Source: Sphagnum compactum (Eukaryota). From it: DNA of 64,000 nt. Made by a program: the position numbers and the translations under genes. The DNA lies in assembly GCA_965153455.1 (NCBI GenBank), contig OZ234494.1:806001-870000 (forward strand), read 5' to 3'. The notes beneath the pieces are model-generated. The model worked only from the letters and a program-made list of their open reading frames with translations. It was not told where the DNA came from and made no database searches. Positions 24,560 through 36,817 of the stretch are shown here, in pieces (positions within the stretch are counted from its first letter, which is position 1; every line of letters begins with the position of its first letter).

Positions 24560-27160
24560 TGAAGATAGAAGGTGGATTGAACATTTTCAGGTTAGTAGAA
24601 CTTTTATGGGGCAATCGACCGAAATATTAAAATAAAAAATGTAAAAACATGATACAAATTATAGGTGTGCAATTCCAGTGAACATCAAAGTAGCTTGTGG
24701 ATTGTACAAATCAATTCATGCATCATAATATTTACAATGTAGTGAATTTTTTACTATACGCAAATCAATAGTTCATTTAATGTTTCGCAAATTTGTATAA
24801 GCGATAAATGAAAATTTCAAGAATCATGTTCAATGGCCTAAAGGTGACAATCTACTATAGATCATGGAAGGGTTCAAGGACTTATTAGGTCTACTAGGTA
24901 TTCAAGGTGCAATAAATGTTGTTCAAATGAATTAAGCTATTGCATGAGCATAGAGCATGAACCCAAAGCCTAAAATTAGAACTTGAGATGCTAATATGTT
25001 TTTTCTCCTATACACATGCAAATAAAACCCAAGAATTTAATCACAAAATGAATGTTATACAAGTAAACATGGGGATGAATGTAAACATTCATTTTCATTA
25101 TGGATGAATGATTTTTTCACTCATCTAATGTATGGATGATTTTTTTTTGAATTTACATGTTTTTAATACATAAAACTTCCATCAAAATTATGAATGAATA
25201 TTTTATTTTATCATTAAATTTTTATCAATGAATTTTTTTACCTTCAACTTCATGAAACACAATTTAATTTTATATGATATAACATTTGTTGAATAATATA
25301 ATGTAAATTCCATTATAAATGTATTTGATGGCTATGGTTTAAAATGTCATTATTTTCAATGTGTTTGAACTATATACTATTATCACGCTAACATCCACCC
25401 CATGGTCGTCTTAAAAAAATAATTAAAAATAATTATATATATATATATATATATATTGTTGAACAAATTGACCTAGTGTCATTGGTGACAATGGGTTCGT
25501 TTTTCCTTTCCAAAGGTGCCACAACTTCCTCAAAACTATTTATAAGCGTTGTGGATGACAATGGGGGATTTCTTTTCATTATTTTGCAAGGTGCCACAAC
25601 TTTCATAAAATCTAACTAGTGTTGTTAAAAAAATGGGTTTTGAATGTTTTAAATATCTTTAAACTGCCTATTGTTGTCACTATTACAAAATGTGGGTGTA
25701 GTTCATTAATCCCCGTTCATTAGACTAGTGAATTCATTATTTCTTCATTGGTCCCCGTTCACTACAACAAGTAAATTCACTCAAAATCTAGTGAAATCAC
25801 TTGGCATACCAGGACACATTTTGTTATAGTGTATAGATGATAATGTGTTTTTGAAATAAATTAAAATTTAGTTTTAAGCACCTTAATTAACTTTCTTCAA
25901 ACAACCTACTATCATAGATGACAATGAGGTTTTTTTATAATAATAATTTATTTTTAAGGTGCCTAATTTTTCACAAAATACATATATATTGTTGTTGACA
26001 ACAATGGGGGTGGAGGAGGGTTTAACATTCATCCCATGATATATATTTTTTAATGTTTAACATTATTGTTGAAAATGATTTTTCAAACAAAATTTTAAAA
26101 ATTATTGTGGTGCCATCATCATGTTTTCCCCTATAGTCACATTATCCATCATTATTAAATAACATTCAAATTTGAGATATTAATATTTGGACAACAAATG
26201 AAGATGGATGTAAATAATTATTTATTTATTTATCTTCCAATCATGGATGAATTTCATCCAATGATTTATTTATTTAATCCAACTCATTAATGAAATTCAT
26301 TCATGAAAATGACATTCATCCATATGAAATCAATTATATATGGAAACATTCATCCATGTAGGTGGATTAAAATCACATTAAGTTTTAAGCTCCAAGCTTA
26401 GGTTTTACACTCATGCACAATCCATCCTCTTGCTCAAATTCTTGCACAAGCCATCCTCTTGTTCAAATCCATATCCAGAAGCTGAAATCACATGTTTTTA
26501 CAGCATATTACTATTCTTTTAAACCCGAAGCCTACAATATGCAGTTGTAAACCATTGTTGATCACAAGAAGTGGTTTCTTAATGTCTTCGTGGGGATGTC
26601 AAGGTCAATGAATGATGTGAGGGTTATATGCCTATCTTCAATTTATCATAAGGCTACTTGGGGAGATTTATTTAATGATCGCAATTTGCATGACAAATAA
26701 AGCCATATGTGATCAGAGATAAAGGTTATTCACCATTTCCATGGTTGATGGTATAACAGAAGCAAACATGGGTTAAACATTTGATTTTGGAAGCACTTTA
26801 TAATAAACAATTTTCTCATGCTTGAGTTATAATTGAAAATGCTTTCGGCATACTCAAGAAAACATTTCAAGAGTTAATGATCAAATCCAATTTACATGTT
26901 AGTTTTTTCTTAGATGTGGTTATATGTTGTTGTATCTTATATAATATGATTTTGAGTGGTAAGGATGCAAGCATTAATGAGTTGATGCTCCAATTGGAGA
27001 TAAAAAATGTGGGAAAAACGAGACGTGGTGTCACATGACAATTTATAGATTTAACTGATTAGGTAAGTGGGTTTGACATTGAAGTTGCCTTGCAGTGGGA
27101 TGAAATTTTAAGGGTGAACCAGAGGATTGCATTACAACAGTACCTAAAGGATCAAATATT
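24560..27160 (+). pseudogene. Harbinger (HARBI1/DDE_Tnp_4-like) transposase pseudogene, split by an insertion
   Basis: The reading AIPVNIKVACGLYK...WPKGDNLL*IMEGFKDLLGLLGIQGAINVVQ resumes after the insertion as IHIQK...YNMQL*TIVDHKKWFLNVFVGMSRSMNDVRV...RDKGYSPFPWLM...VIIENAFGILKKTF...CCILYNMIL, with several stops and frameshifts. Confidence 0.85.
24929..26458. mobile_element. Non-autonomous TIR element (Mutator-like) nested in the Harbinger transposase
   Basis: A 10-bp direct repeat TTGTTCAAAT flanks it (24919-24928 and 26459-26468). Its ends are degenerate long inverted repeats, including GGATGAA/TTCATCC arrays. Confidence 0.65.
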
Positions 27161-27392
27161 AAGAAATTGTAAATGTGGTTGAAGAAATGCATGCAATTTT
27201 ATTTTTTTTGATTTGTGATTAATTGACATGGTATGTAGAACATTAGAAACAAAAAGGTAAGACAATGCTGATTTGGTCAGATTGAATTGAATAGATCTGT
27301 TAGTTGTGATCCAAATGCAATCATGATCTTCATCAATGTTTAGCAAATTCTTATAATGCTACATCCTATAATTTCAAACACTTTATGAATCA

Positions 27393-28400
27393 TTATGTAG
27401 CATTTTCTTCTTCCTCATCTAAAAAATTAGGTAAAATAATTAATGGGGGAATGAGTTTCGAATAAGTGATGAATGCATGGCACATAACCATGCTCAAGTT
27501 TGAAAGGACATCCACCAGATTATTACTCATTTGGTGCACTTTTTTATCTCTTGCTTTGAAGTAATGTAAATGCTCCTTGAAATTGTGATTTTGGTTTTCA
27601 AAGCGATGTTGTTTAATTTCAAGTTGCGCAACATTGATCTTCTCCATTGCATCCACCAAAATTTGTTGTTTTTATTGGTAGATTCAATGACAAGTGAAAA
27701 AAAAAAATTATGTTTTTTTTTCACCCTAGTATTGTCGTGTGCACATGTTGTAAGAGACTTATCAAGATTGATGATAGGAAGGTTGCGAGTATTATTTAGT
27801 AGCAGTTTTGTTTCTTGATAAAATAAGTTGATGAAAGTTGCATATCTTGTGCCACGATTGTTGCCATGATTATTTGCAATTAGATCTTGGGAATCATTCA
27901 AATTATCTTGTGATTGGAAATTTTCATTCTCATCTTGTGTTTTTGGCACAATAGGTACTAGTCCATGAATTTCGTCGTTTTCTCCATTAACATTTTTAAC
28001 ATGCAATGGTGTAATGACATTCCTTTCCCCTTGAAATGCTTCAATCAATTCATAGATCTTTATATTGAATTGACACGATAAATGAAAATTTTCTTTCTCA
28101 TCAAAGGATAGATCCCAAAAGCAGGTATGACTTCTAATTTTCTTGTGATAATTAGCGAGTTTTGTGTAATTGGAATTCAGGGAATTCCACTTGTTTTTGC
28201 ACATGGTGCCATTCCTTGTAAACTTGTTCTTGGTCTTTTGTTGCAGGTCTTCAATAATCTTGTCCCAACACTACATAGAAACAGATCATACGTGCTAGAG
28301 GATCCACAAGTTGTTTTTGAACTACTTGTTCTGCATGTTACATGCATGTAGGAAATTAGTGCAAGCACCTTTGTATGCTCCCAATTGCAATGTCATTGAC
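27393..28400 (-). pseudogene. Harbinger Myb/SANT-like (trihelix-type) DNA-binding protein gene, frameshifted
   Basis: NGTMCKNKWNSLNSNYTKLANYHKK...FWDLSFDEKENFHL...FNIKIYELIEAF fits the C..KW..L...Y trihelix helix. The coiled-coil C-terminus continues in a shifted frame (27393-27659). Confidence 0.8.
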
Positions 28401-29691
28401 GAATACTTGCAAATTTTCCACTTCCACGACTATGCCCCACTTTGCTACCACTATGACTTCTTCTTGGACCATTAACTGATCACCTTGCTTGTAAACACAC
28501 TCCTGCTTCTAGTCCAACTTGCGGTTGTTTTCTTGTTTGTGTTTTGGCTTGGAATTGTGATCCTACCTATGATCTTGCTTGCAATCAAACTTGCGAATGT
28601 GTTCCTATTTACACTCATAGCTATGAATTTCCTCTTGCTTCTAAATTTGCACCTACTTGCGAAAACCTTTTGGAAAATGATGCCATTGCACCAAAGCTTC
28701 ACAACACAAGATGTTCATCTTCTTCACAACTGAACATCAACAAACCTTTTTCAATTGTCATGATGTTCGTTTAACATCTTAATTTTTGAATGGTTAATTA
28801 TCGATGTAGATAGAACCGCAAATGAGTGGGAATCCATGATTTTGACAAAATTTTATCAACACATTATTGCTTTTACCACTACTCTTTTTCATATTGATAA
28901 ATAGTGTCACATTGGAATTCAAGTCACCTATCTACTATGATTATGCATATATATGAATAGTGTTAGGTTATTAATGATTTAACGAATGTGTTGTTTGTTG
29001 GTGTGAATTGACCTCAAGAAGCGAAATCATCATTGATAGTGCATTACAATGCGAAGCACAAGTTTATAAGGTCAACCAAGATGTTTAAAACTTTTTAAAT
29101 AGTTTGAATTCCTATATCGAAGATTGAAAATGTGTTAATTAACTAAACATCTTTTACATTAACAATAAAAGGGGTTTTTTTCTATAACATCATTGGCAAG
29201 GATATCAAGAAATATATAACAATAAATGTTAAGGAGTTTAAATGGAGTATGGATTTTTTTTTGACATTCTTGTTATAGTTTGTGTTTTAAGTGCACATTT
29301 GATGAAATCTCTAGTCAAATTGAAATTTCATCAAATTATGTTATCCAATCATAACAAGAAATCCCAAAAATAAATTTGTTACATTTGATGAAATCTCTCT
29401 TTGATTTTTTTTTTTAAATTTAAAAAATGTCAAAAAAACCACCTACCCTCCCCCAAAAAAAAAACAACAGTCTTTCAAATTTTCAGGTTGTTTTGAAAAA
29501 AAACTTGCCAAGATGATGTCGCAAATCCCCCCCCCCCCCCCCCGCCCCCCCCCAAAAAAAACATTTGAAACAACCATTCCAAATGTCATCACAAATATCG
29601 AATTCCTACACCCAAAACATACCCTCCAAAAATACCAATATGTATGTGGCATTGTTTACAATGAACCAAAAAAAAAAAAAAAAAAAAAAAC

Positions 29692-29805
29692 TACATAATA
29701 ATAATATGTGACAAAATAATATTACCCACTTTCAATGCCAAGGCCCAAGACTATAAAATATCATTAACCTAGTAATATTATTTTGTCACATATTATTATT
29801 ATGTA
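29692..29805. repeat. Perfect 34-bp inverted repeat with 46-nt spacer
   Basis: TACATAATAATAATATGTGACAAAATAATATTAC (29692-29725) and its exact reverse complement (29772-29805). Confidence 0.92.
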
Positions 29806-30048
29806 ATATATTTAATATGTACATATGTAGATAGATTTATGAATAAATTATTAATATAAAAATAAATAAATAAAATTAAAAAAAGAACACTAATTTGATT
29901 GATAAAGAGTTAATTCCCAATAGGGCAGATGAAAGAAGAAAATGTCCAGTAAATTAAAGGGGTTTTAACTTTTTACCTTAAAAAAAAAGAGCAAACATGA
30001 GTTAGGTTTTATACTTACTTTTACTATTACCTATTGCCAGAAATATCA

Positions 30049-30084
30049 TCCGTCCGTCCGTCCGTCCGTCCGTCCGTCCGTCCG
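30049..30084. repeat. (TCCG)9 microsatellite at the edge of a GC-rich promoter region
   Basis: Read directly. It is followed by a GC-rich region and a TATA-like CCTATAATAA at ~30226. Confidence 0.95.
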
Positions 30085-30674
30085 TGGAAACCGCAATCCT
30101 AACCGTCCATTGGCCCCACCCTCTTTTCAGTTCCATTCAGTTCCCGCTCGTTTCAGTTGGACGGCGCCCGAGACCGGGTCACTGGCCAGTCCGGTACTCA
30201 CTCTTGAAAGCTCCCACGACGACAGCCTATAATAAGGTTCCGCCTTCCGAACCTGCTAGGTATCGACCGGCCTCAACCCGTCTCCGTTCGCAGGCAGCCG
30301 GTCGCCTCCCCGCCTCCCGCGCGCGCGCTCGTTTGTTGCAACTTCCTTCTCGCACGTTCTCTCTGTCTCTCTCCCTCTCTCTTCTCCCTTCCGCTGTTCG
30401 GTTCGTGCGGGCGGTTTCGTGACGGGAGTTTTGCAGATGCTTTTTCGTTCGGTTGTGTTTGTCTCGGCGGCGTTTTGAAGCTCGGGCGGAGGATTGTATC
30501 CGTGTTTTTCCCGTTGTTTTTTTTCCGGCGCTGCTGCTGCTGCTGCTGCTTGCTGTTTAGGGTTTGTTTCTCCTTGAATAGAAAAGGAGACTGGGGTATT
30601 GGGAGAAGGAGGGAGGAGTAGAATCAAGAGGATCTTCGGTGGTGGAGAAAAGCAACAGTGGACAGGAAAAAGAT

Positions 30675-33600
30675 ATGAGCTACGCGGACGACGAAGGAGT
30701 GAACAGGCCAAAGCTTAGTCTGCAACCGCGTGGATCCACAGCTGATAATATGTCATCCGCATCTCCAGCCAAGACCAGTAGGGTGAGTGTGCGCTCCTTC
30801 CTCAGACTCCGATCTGTGATTTTTGGTTCTGGAGTATTGCCAGAAAATTTCAGACGATGTCATTTATATGTGCCTGTCGGTCGTCGCATGGTTTTGCATG
30901 CTGGGACCCTAAAAATCAGGTCTAGGGTTAGACTTTGCTTGGTTTATGGTATGCACGAAGGTTTGCCGTCAGGGTTTGATCTCATTCAGTGGTTTATCTA
31001 TTTTGCTGTTAAAACCACGCATGCATTCTATAATGCATGCAAATGTAATGGTTTCAGACGAGCACAATCTACTTACAGTGATCATGAAAGTTTTGCACCG
31101 AGCCCCTCAATGTTGGGGATACTTAGAGTTGCTGTGCTTTCTTTCTCTGTGATATAGCCGAATCCGTTTGGTGCTGCAAGACCACGGGAACAAGTTATTG
31201 CTGAAAGAGAAGGGAAAAAGGAAACAGAGGTTCTCAAGGAGCAAGCTCACAAGGAATGGAAACCCAATGTAAGACACACTGTATCTTTTTTGAACCTATA
31301 TTTTCACATTTCCATTTTTGAATCAGAGTAGAAAAATACAATGAAGTGATGACTGCTGTCATGATACAAAATGTCCTCATCTGGCAACTCTGCATAACTT
31401 GCAAGGGTTTTGAGTGAGTGCTCTGTTCATTCATCTGTCAAAGGCATGGCATCCAGGCTTTGTGATCATGAGTGGATAATATGTCAGTGAACCTAGGTCC
31501 CTTCACTGTTTTGGATATTTCTGAAATTTGTCTAGTACAGACATTAATGGCATGATTTACATAACTGATCTTCTAGCTGGACATTTTTGTGTTTTAAGTC
31601 CTTGACAAAACCTGTTTTGTATAGAGTTATGCTAGGTGCACTGAATCTTGCCATTGCTTCTGGAAACAAGACAGAAACTCAGCACACAGTTCTGTTTTTG
31701 GCTAGAATTACCATGACTGACTTCATTGGCTACTTTGTCACAGGACACAGACAATTGTGTCACTGCTATTCATGATGAAGGTCATGGTCTGATACTTTGT
31801 GAGTGACACTCAGAGGGTCATGACTGCACTCATTCTTGTTGTTCAGTTTTGGTTGAACAGACACCATAGTACCATCCAAGTGTTTCTGTGGAGCTTTCCC
31901 TGCAATCTCATAGATAGGAGGTATATGCTAGTTTGTACAAAATTGTGGATTGCAGCTGCTATATTATGTGATTGGAACAATTAGCACCTATCGTAATAGT
32001 TTCTAATGTGGGGAATATGTGTGATCTGCTTGTTTTTCAATTGGGAGGGCAGTTGGTTTTGACTGAACAACAACGTGAAGAGAAGAAAGCAGCAGAAGCA
32101 GAGCTGGCTTTCTCTAAAAGTGAGCTTGAAAAAGAAGTGGATCCAGTGAAGTCAAAATTCCTGAGAGAGGAGGTTATTGCCATGGAAAAAAGACTAGATG
32201 AGCTCTTGTTGTCATTTGAGGTACATCCTATTGCAGAAATTTCTATGTTGATTTTCTTAACAAAATTTGAGGCCTGATTGACTTAACAATTTCCCTTTGC
32301 AGCATAAGTGGTGCTGCATGTTCATATGCATGGATAGAGAATTTCACAATGAGATATATTTTTGTGGGTTAGGACAGTGAACTTCTTGTATCTTGAAAGA
32401 ATCAAAATGGGGAGGCCCTTGGTGTGTTCCAGTTCCCCACCTGGTCTTCAAGTTGTATGCTTTCTGTGTCTTTTCTGGGTAACGTGTGTTGCAGGTGTTG
32501 GTTGTCCACAGTTTGTGACTTTGTACGGCATTTGCATATTTTAAGATTGGACTGATTTTCACAAAATCATTCATGCAGAAAATGGCAGTTCAAACAGCAC
32601 AATCAGGTGGGGCAAGACGACCTCGTCGGGATGAAGATCGAGCACCTGCAGCAGCTGCTGCTCCTGCATATGCTGGTGATGTGGAGGGGTATGGAAATTT
32701 TAGCAGGGGCCGGGATCGTGATTCTGGTAAGGGAAGCTCATACGGCGATACATGGGGAGGAGCAAAGGGCAGGTCAGGTGCTGAGGGATGCTACAACTGT
32801 GGAGAGGTTTGTAGCTGTTCTTGCATCCAACCATTTTGTGTGAACTTAGTCATTTGAACCTGGTGGTTTCATGTTTTGGTATGCTTTCATGCAAGAAGCA
32901 GAAAGTGGTCTTTCTTCTCCTGGGAGAAGGGTCAGAGAAGTGATTAGAAGTGAACAACAGGGTCCCAAATATTGCAATCCCAGAGGTGTAACCTGCTGTG
33001 CAGTGAACCTGAAATTTGAAAGTTCTAGAACTGAGTTGGATCAGAACTTGGTCTCATATGGAATTGAAGAGTGTTGAAGGGAGGCAGTAACCTTAGAGGA
33101 GAGAGGCTCTCAGCCACATGTGTTTGCCAGATGACTGTATCAGAACTTGGTCTGAATATGGAATTGAAGAGTGTTGAAGGGAGGCAGTAGCCTTAGAGGA
33201 GAGAGACTCTCAGCCACATTTGGTTGCCAGACCACTGTATCATTCTCCTTTTAAAGAGTTTTCTTGCCATGGAGTTTTCTTGCTTCATGATGGCTTTACA
33301 CTCAAGGTGCACAGTATGAGTGTGTTTGTGGACTGATAATGCAGCCATTTTGGAAGCTGAAGTTTGTGTGATTGCTTGACCTCAGGTGGGCCACTTCTCT
33401 CGTGAATGCCCAAATGCTGGAACTGGTGGTGGTGGTCGAGCTGGTGGTGGCTATGGTGGAAATTTCGGTGGTGGCGGAGGGGGCCGAGGTGGGGTAAGTC
33501 GTCCTTGCTACACATGTGGCCAAGAGGGTCACTTCTCCCGTGAGTGTCCCCAGGGTGGACAGTATGGATCTCGTGGTGGAGGAGGCGGCGGCGGTGGCAG

Positions 33601-33793
33601 TAGCTATGGAGGAGGAGGCTATGGCAGTTCATATGGTGGTGGTGGTGGTGGTTATGGGGGCAATACTTATGATGATGGTGCTCAGTATGGTGGCAGTCAA
33701 GGTGGCAGCTATGGCAGCAGTGGTTACAATGATCGCAGTGGTTACTCATCTGCTGCCCGTGGAAGTTATAATCGGCAAGGAGAAGATTGGTAA
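30675..33793 (+). CDS. 340-aa protein with plant eIF4B-like motifs, a coiled coil, two CCHC zinc knuckles and a Gly/Tyr/RGG-rich tail. Exons: 30675-30782, 31158-31268, 32053-32220, 32579-32806, 33386-33793
   Basis: Five phase-0 GT-AG joined exons total 1023 nt. Motifs: RPKLSLQPR and PNPFGAARPREQVIAE (eIF4B-type), CYNCGEVGHFSREC and CYTCGQEGHFSREC (CX2CX4HX4C). Confidence 0.88.
33040..33242. repeat. 99-bp tandem duplication in intron 4 of the zinc-knuckle gene
   Basis: ATCAGAACTTGGTCT..ATATGGAATTGAAGAGTGTTGAAGGGAGGCAGTA.CCTTAGAGGAGAGA..CTCTCAGCCACAT at 33040 and 33139. Confidence 0.9.
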
Positions 33794-34534
33794 TCCACAT
33801 TGGATCTGTAGGCAGTAGGAGAAAAGTCCAGCTGCTGGGTTTTGGACACATCGGTTCACTGTGAGTGCATCGTTCAGTTTCATTGTGTAGCTAGAGGTAG
33901 TTAGAATGCTTTCTGATGAAATGGGAGTTTACTTGTGGGCTGAAGTTAACTCCCACTATGTGTTAGTTTCTTTTATGATTTCATTTCCTTTTGTGCCAGG
34001 AAATACGGAAGCTAAGGCCTAGTTTTGCCTACTGTGATTTTTGGAAATTCTGGTCATGCTTGCTGCCTCACAATAGTTTTTGGTTATGTGTGTGGTGTGC
34101 CCAGTTCTAATAAGTTGCTCTTTTGCAAAATTTTCAAGAATCATGGTGAAACTTTTGATAAGTCTCAGGACAGAAAAAGTGTCTACATGAGCAGTATAGT
34201 CGAAGGCTTCACTCTGTGCCTCTGACTGCAGGGACTATGCCATTTGTGCTGAGAAAAGAATATGCAGTTATCTGGTTAGCTGTGAACAGATTGGAGACTG
34301 AAAACCACTGTTGCTATCACCATGGGGTCAGTTTGTGACCCTCTGAAGTTAAAAAAACTGAATGTTTTATTTGTCTTTGAGCAGGAAAAGCTTGTAAGAC
34401 ATGGATGGTTCAACATGCTAGCATCCAAGTTGACTTAAAGGGCAATGATAGCAATCTAAGCAGTAGAGTTGCTCTAAGGGTGTGTAATTTCTTTGAGAAG
34501 GAAGTGAGCACACCTATTTTTTGTTATGCTGAGA

Positions 34535-34873
34535 GTTATGTACAGTATCTCAGAAACTCAGTATGTGGGCTTCTTGGTTACACTGGCCTATGCCTCCTGT
34601 AGGGAGCTGATGAAGTCAGTGCACAAATCTTGATAGATTAGCAGCTATCATACATGATAGTATTGATGGTCCCAGAACAAGTGAGAGACTGTCCCTGTTG
34701 TTCTCCCTGCTAGTTTTATGGTTCTTTTTGTTCTAGTTCTTGCCTTCTATGTTATTCTTCTTCCCAGTTTGTCAGTCCTTATCTGTGAGTTTTTCTTTGA
34801 CTGAAAAGGAACTCTTTTTTTTGTCTGTCCCTGGTTTTTGTAGTCATGAGTATGGAGATTTCTTGATACTCAT
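34535..34873 (+). repeat. Dispersed exon-like element, copy 2 (homologous to 21290-21607)
   Basis: Same collinear blocks as copy 1. The exon-like frame here has a frameshift and a stop. Confidence 0.75.
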
Positions 34874-36817
34874 GAGAAGTATTGTCTCAGTGATGGGCAG
34901 TGATCATGAGAAGAAGTGTTTTTTATCCTTACTATGATGGAGATCTATGTATGTGTGTATACTACTGCATGCCGGAGGCTATTAGTTTGCACAATCACCA
35001 GAGGTTTGCTTCACAAATAGATTGCTGTCTGGTGTTTCTGCCTACAGAATTTTCAGAAGCATTGTTTTGAGGAATGCTTAATCCTACATTGGGAGCTTTT
35101 CAAAGCCAACTTATTCTCAGAAACCCATCTTCTTTTTCTCTCCTTTCTTCCTCTTTTCTTGTTTGGTTATTTTTTTTGTTTTCCTGTCTGTTGTGTTTTC
35201 TGGTTGTCTCTTCTCTTTTAGGAGTTTTAATTCTTTTCCGTCTTTTGCTGTGCTTGTGATAGAAACTCTACATGTTGGGTAATGTTTGGAGGCTGATGAA
35301 GTCAGTGAGGATGTTATGGTAGGTGGGTGGATGTGATACATGTTGCTGATGAAAGTAGGGAAGTCAGTGAGAGTATTATGATACGTGGTCAATAGTCAAT
35401 ACCATATGTGTTGCTGTTGAAGGTCCCTGAATATGTGTGGCTGCCATTGTTGTTCAACCTGCTCTTCAGTCTTGCAGGTAATATGGACGGTGCTCAAGAT
35501 ACATATTGCTAGTGAAGGTAACTGAACATGCACTGACTATCGCTGTTTTCTAACCGATCTTTGGTTTTTCTGCTAATGTTTTTGCTAGCTCTATTCTTTA
35601 GGGTTAGGTCTCCCTGTTACTTGTTTGCTGATATGTTGTCAAATCTGAAACCTCTATAATGTCATCTTTGGTTTATATCTCTCAATCAATGTTGAATCGG
35701 CACCCAGAGTATATCCAGTATGTAGATCAATGCATTTTTTCTTACATGGACTTGCTATAGTTGTCAGATAACTTTTGGTGTCCTGCAATAGTAAACCCAA
35801 CCTCTAGTCCCAGCCAAGTTTGGAAATCATAGATTCTGTTTCTGTTTCTGTAACTGTGAGAAAAGCATCCTCTCTACATAGTGTTAGCACAGTCACACAA
35901 GCTAACAAAGCTTGTGGCCTATTGGTCCTCAATGCATTGGACAAAAATGAATGCAGCCATAAAAGCATTATGAGAGTTGCTCACAAAATATCTTATTATC
36001 AATTTCATGGTGTTGTTACAGAATTGACAGTGAACTCAGAATATACAACAACAAAAATCTGCATCCAGAAAATGGGCATTCACTTTTTCATCAATCCCTT
36101 ACCTCTAAAACTGTGTAAATCCTCTGCCCAAAATTCTCTAAAAGAAGACAAACATATGCACCAACTCTCCATGCCATGAAACTTCTTACCAATACGGCTC
36201 CACCAGAATGCAAACACCTAGAACCAGGAAGCATTCTCAAAGCACGGATGTCTGAATGTATTCTCACAGGAGCGAAAGATGGGTTCATCAGACTGAGAAT
36301 AAATAAATTGTATATGTAGTCTCCTAATTTAGGGTTACAGTTTGGTGAAGGGTTTTAAAGTTTCATGCTATTAATGTTGATGGAAACAACTCTCAAACAA
36401 ACAGTTCACAGTTTACACACACACAATCCCTCACCCTGTTATCAGAGCTAATTACAGCAAAGTGGAGCCTAGATTGAGCTTGACGAACTATATGATTATC
36501 ATCAAGAAGGTATAGCTGTATGGAGCTCAGGAATGGATCTTAAGTAACCCCTTGAAAGACTCATCAATTTTTTTTGCCTCTTAAAAAGCAACATAGGTCA
36601 TGCTTGTTAAGACTTCATTGATATTGAATGTGTGTGGTCCCTATAAGCAGAGGAGGCACCGTGGCTTGTCCAAACTTTGTGAAACATTTGAGCCTCTACA
36701 ATATCTCAGCCTTGCATGTAGATCACTGCTGCCTACTTCTTGCTTGTGAAAAGTTCTTGAAAATCAGCCTGCCTGCCAGCATCTGCAATGTTCCCAAAAA
36801 TGCTTCAGCCTGGTGTA

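Larger units (their letters stand above)
23877..29014. mobile_element. Decayed PIF/Harbinger DNA transposon with convergent transposase and Myb/SANT-like genes
   Basis: Imperfect TIRs AGGTCGGTTCAAACC ... GGTGTGAATTGACCT are flanked by TAA/CAA. Inside are a DDE_Tnp_4-type transposase relic (+) and a trihelix/Myb-like ORF (-). Confidence 0.8.

Noticed and set aside
31340-31800. Intronic C/D-box snoRNA candidates (RTGATGA...CTGA)
   Set aside because: Box spacing is wrong, and I recognised no terminal stem or rRNA-complementary guide.
33285-33851. 188-aa His-rich minus-strand ORF
   Set aside because: It is the antisense shadow of the Gly-rich exon (GGT/GGC codons).
34600-34680. SECIS element or hammerhead ribozyme (CTGATGAAGTCAG... 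stem-loop)
   Set aside because: There is no correctly placed 3' GA quartet partner for a SECIS and no GAAA/stem II geometry for a hammerhead. CTGATGA is not conserved in copy 1 (TTATGA).
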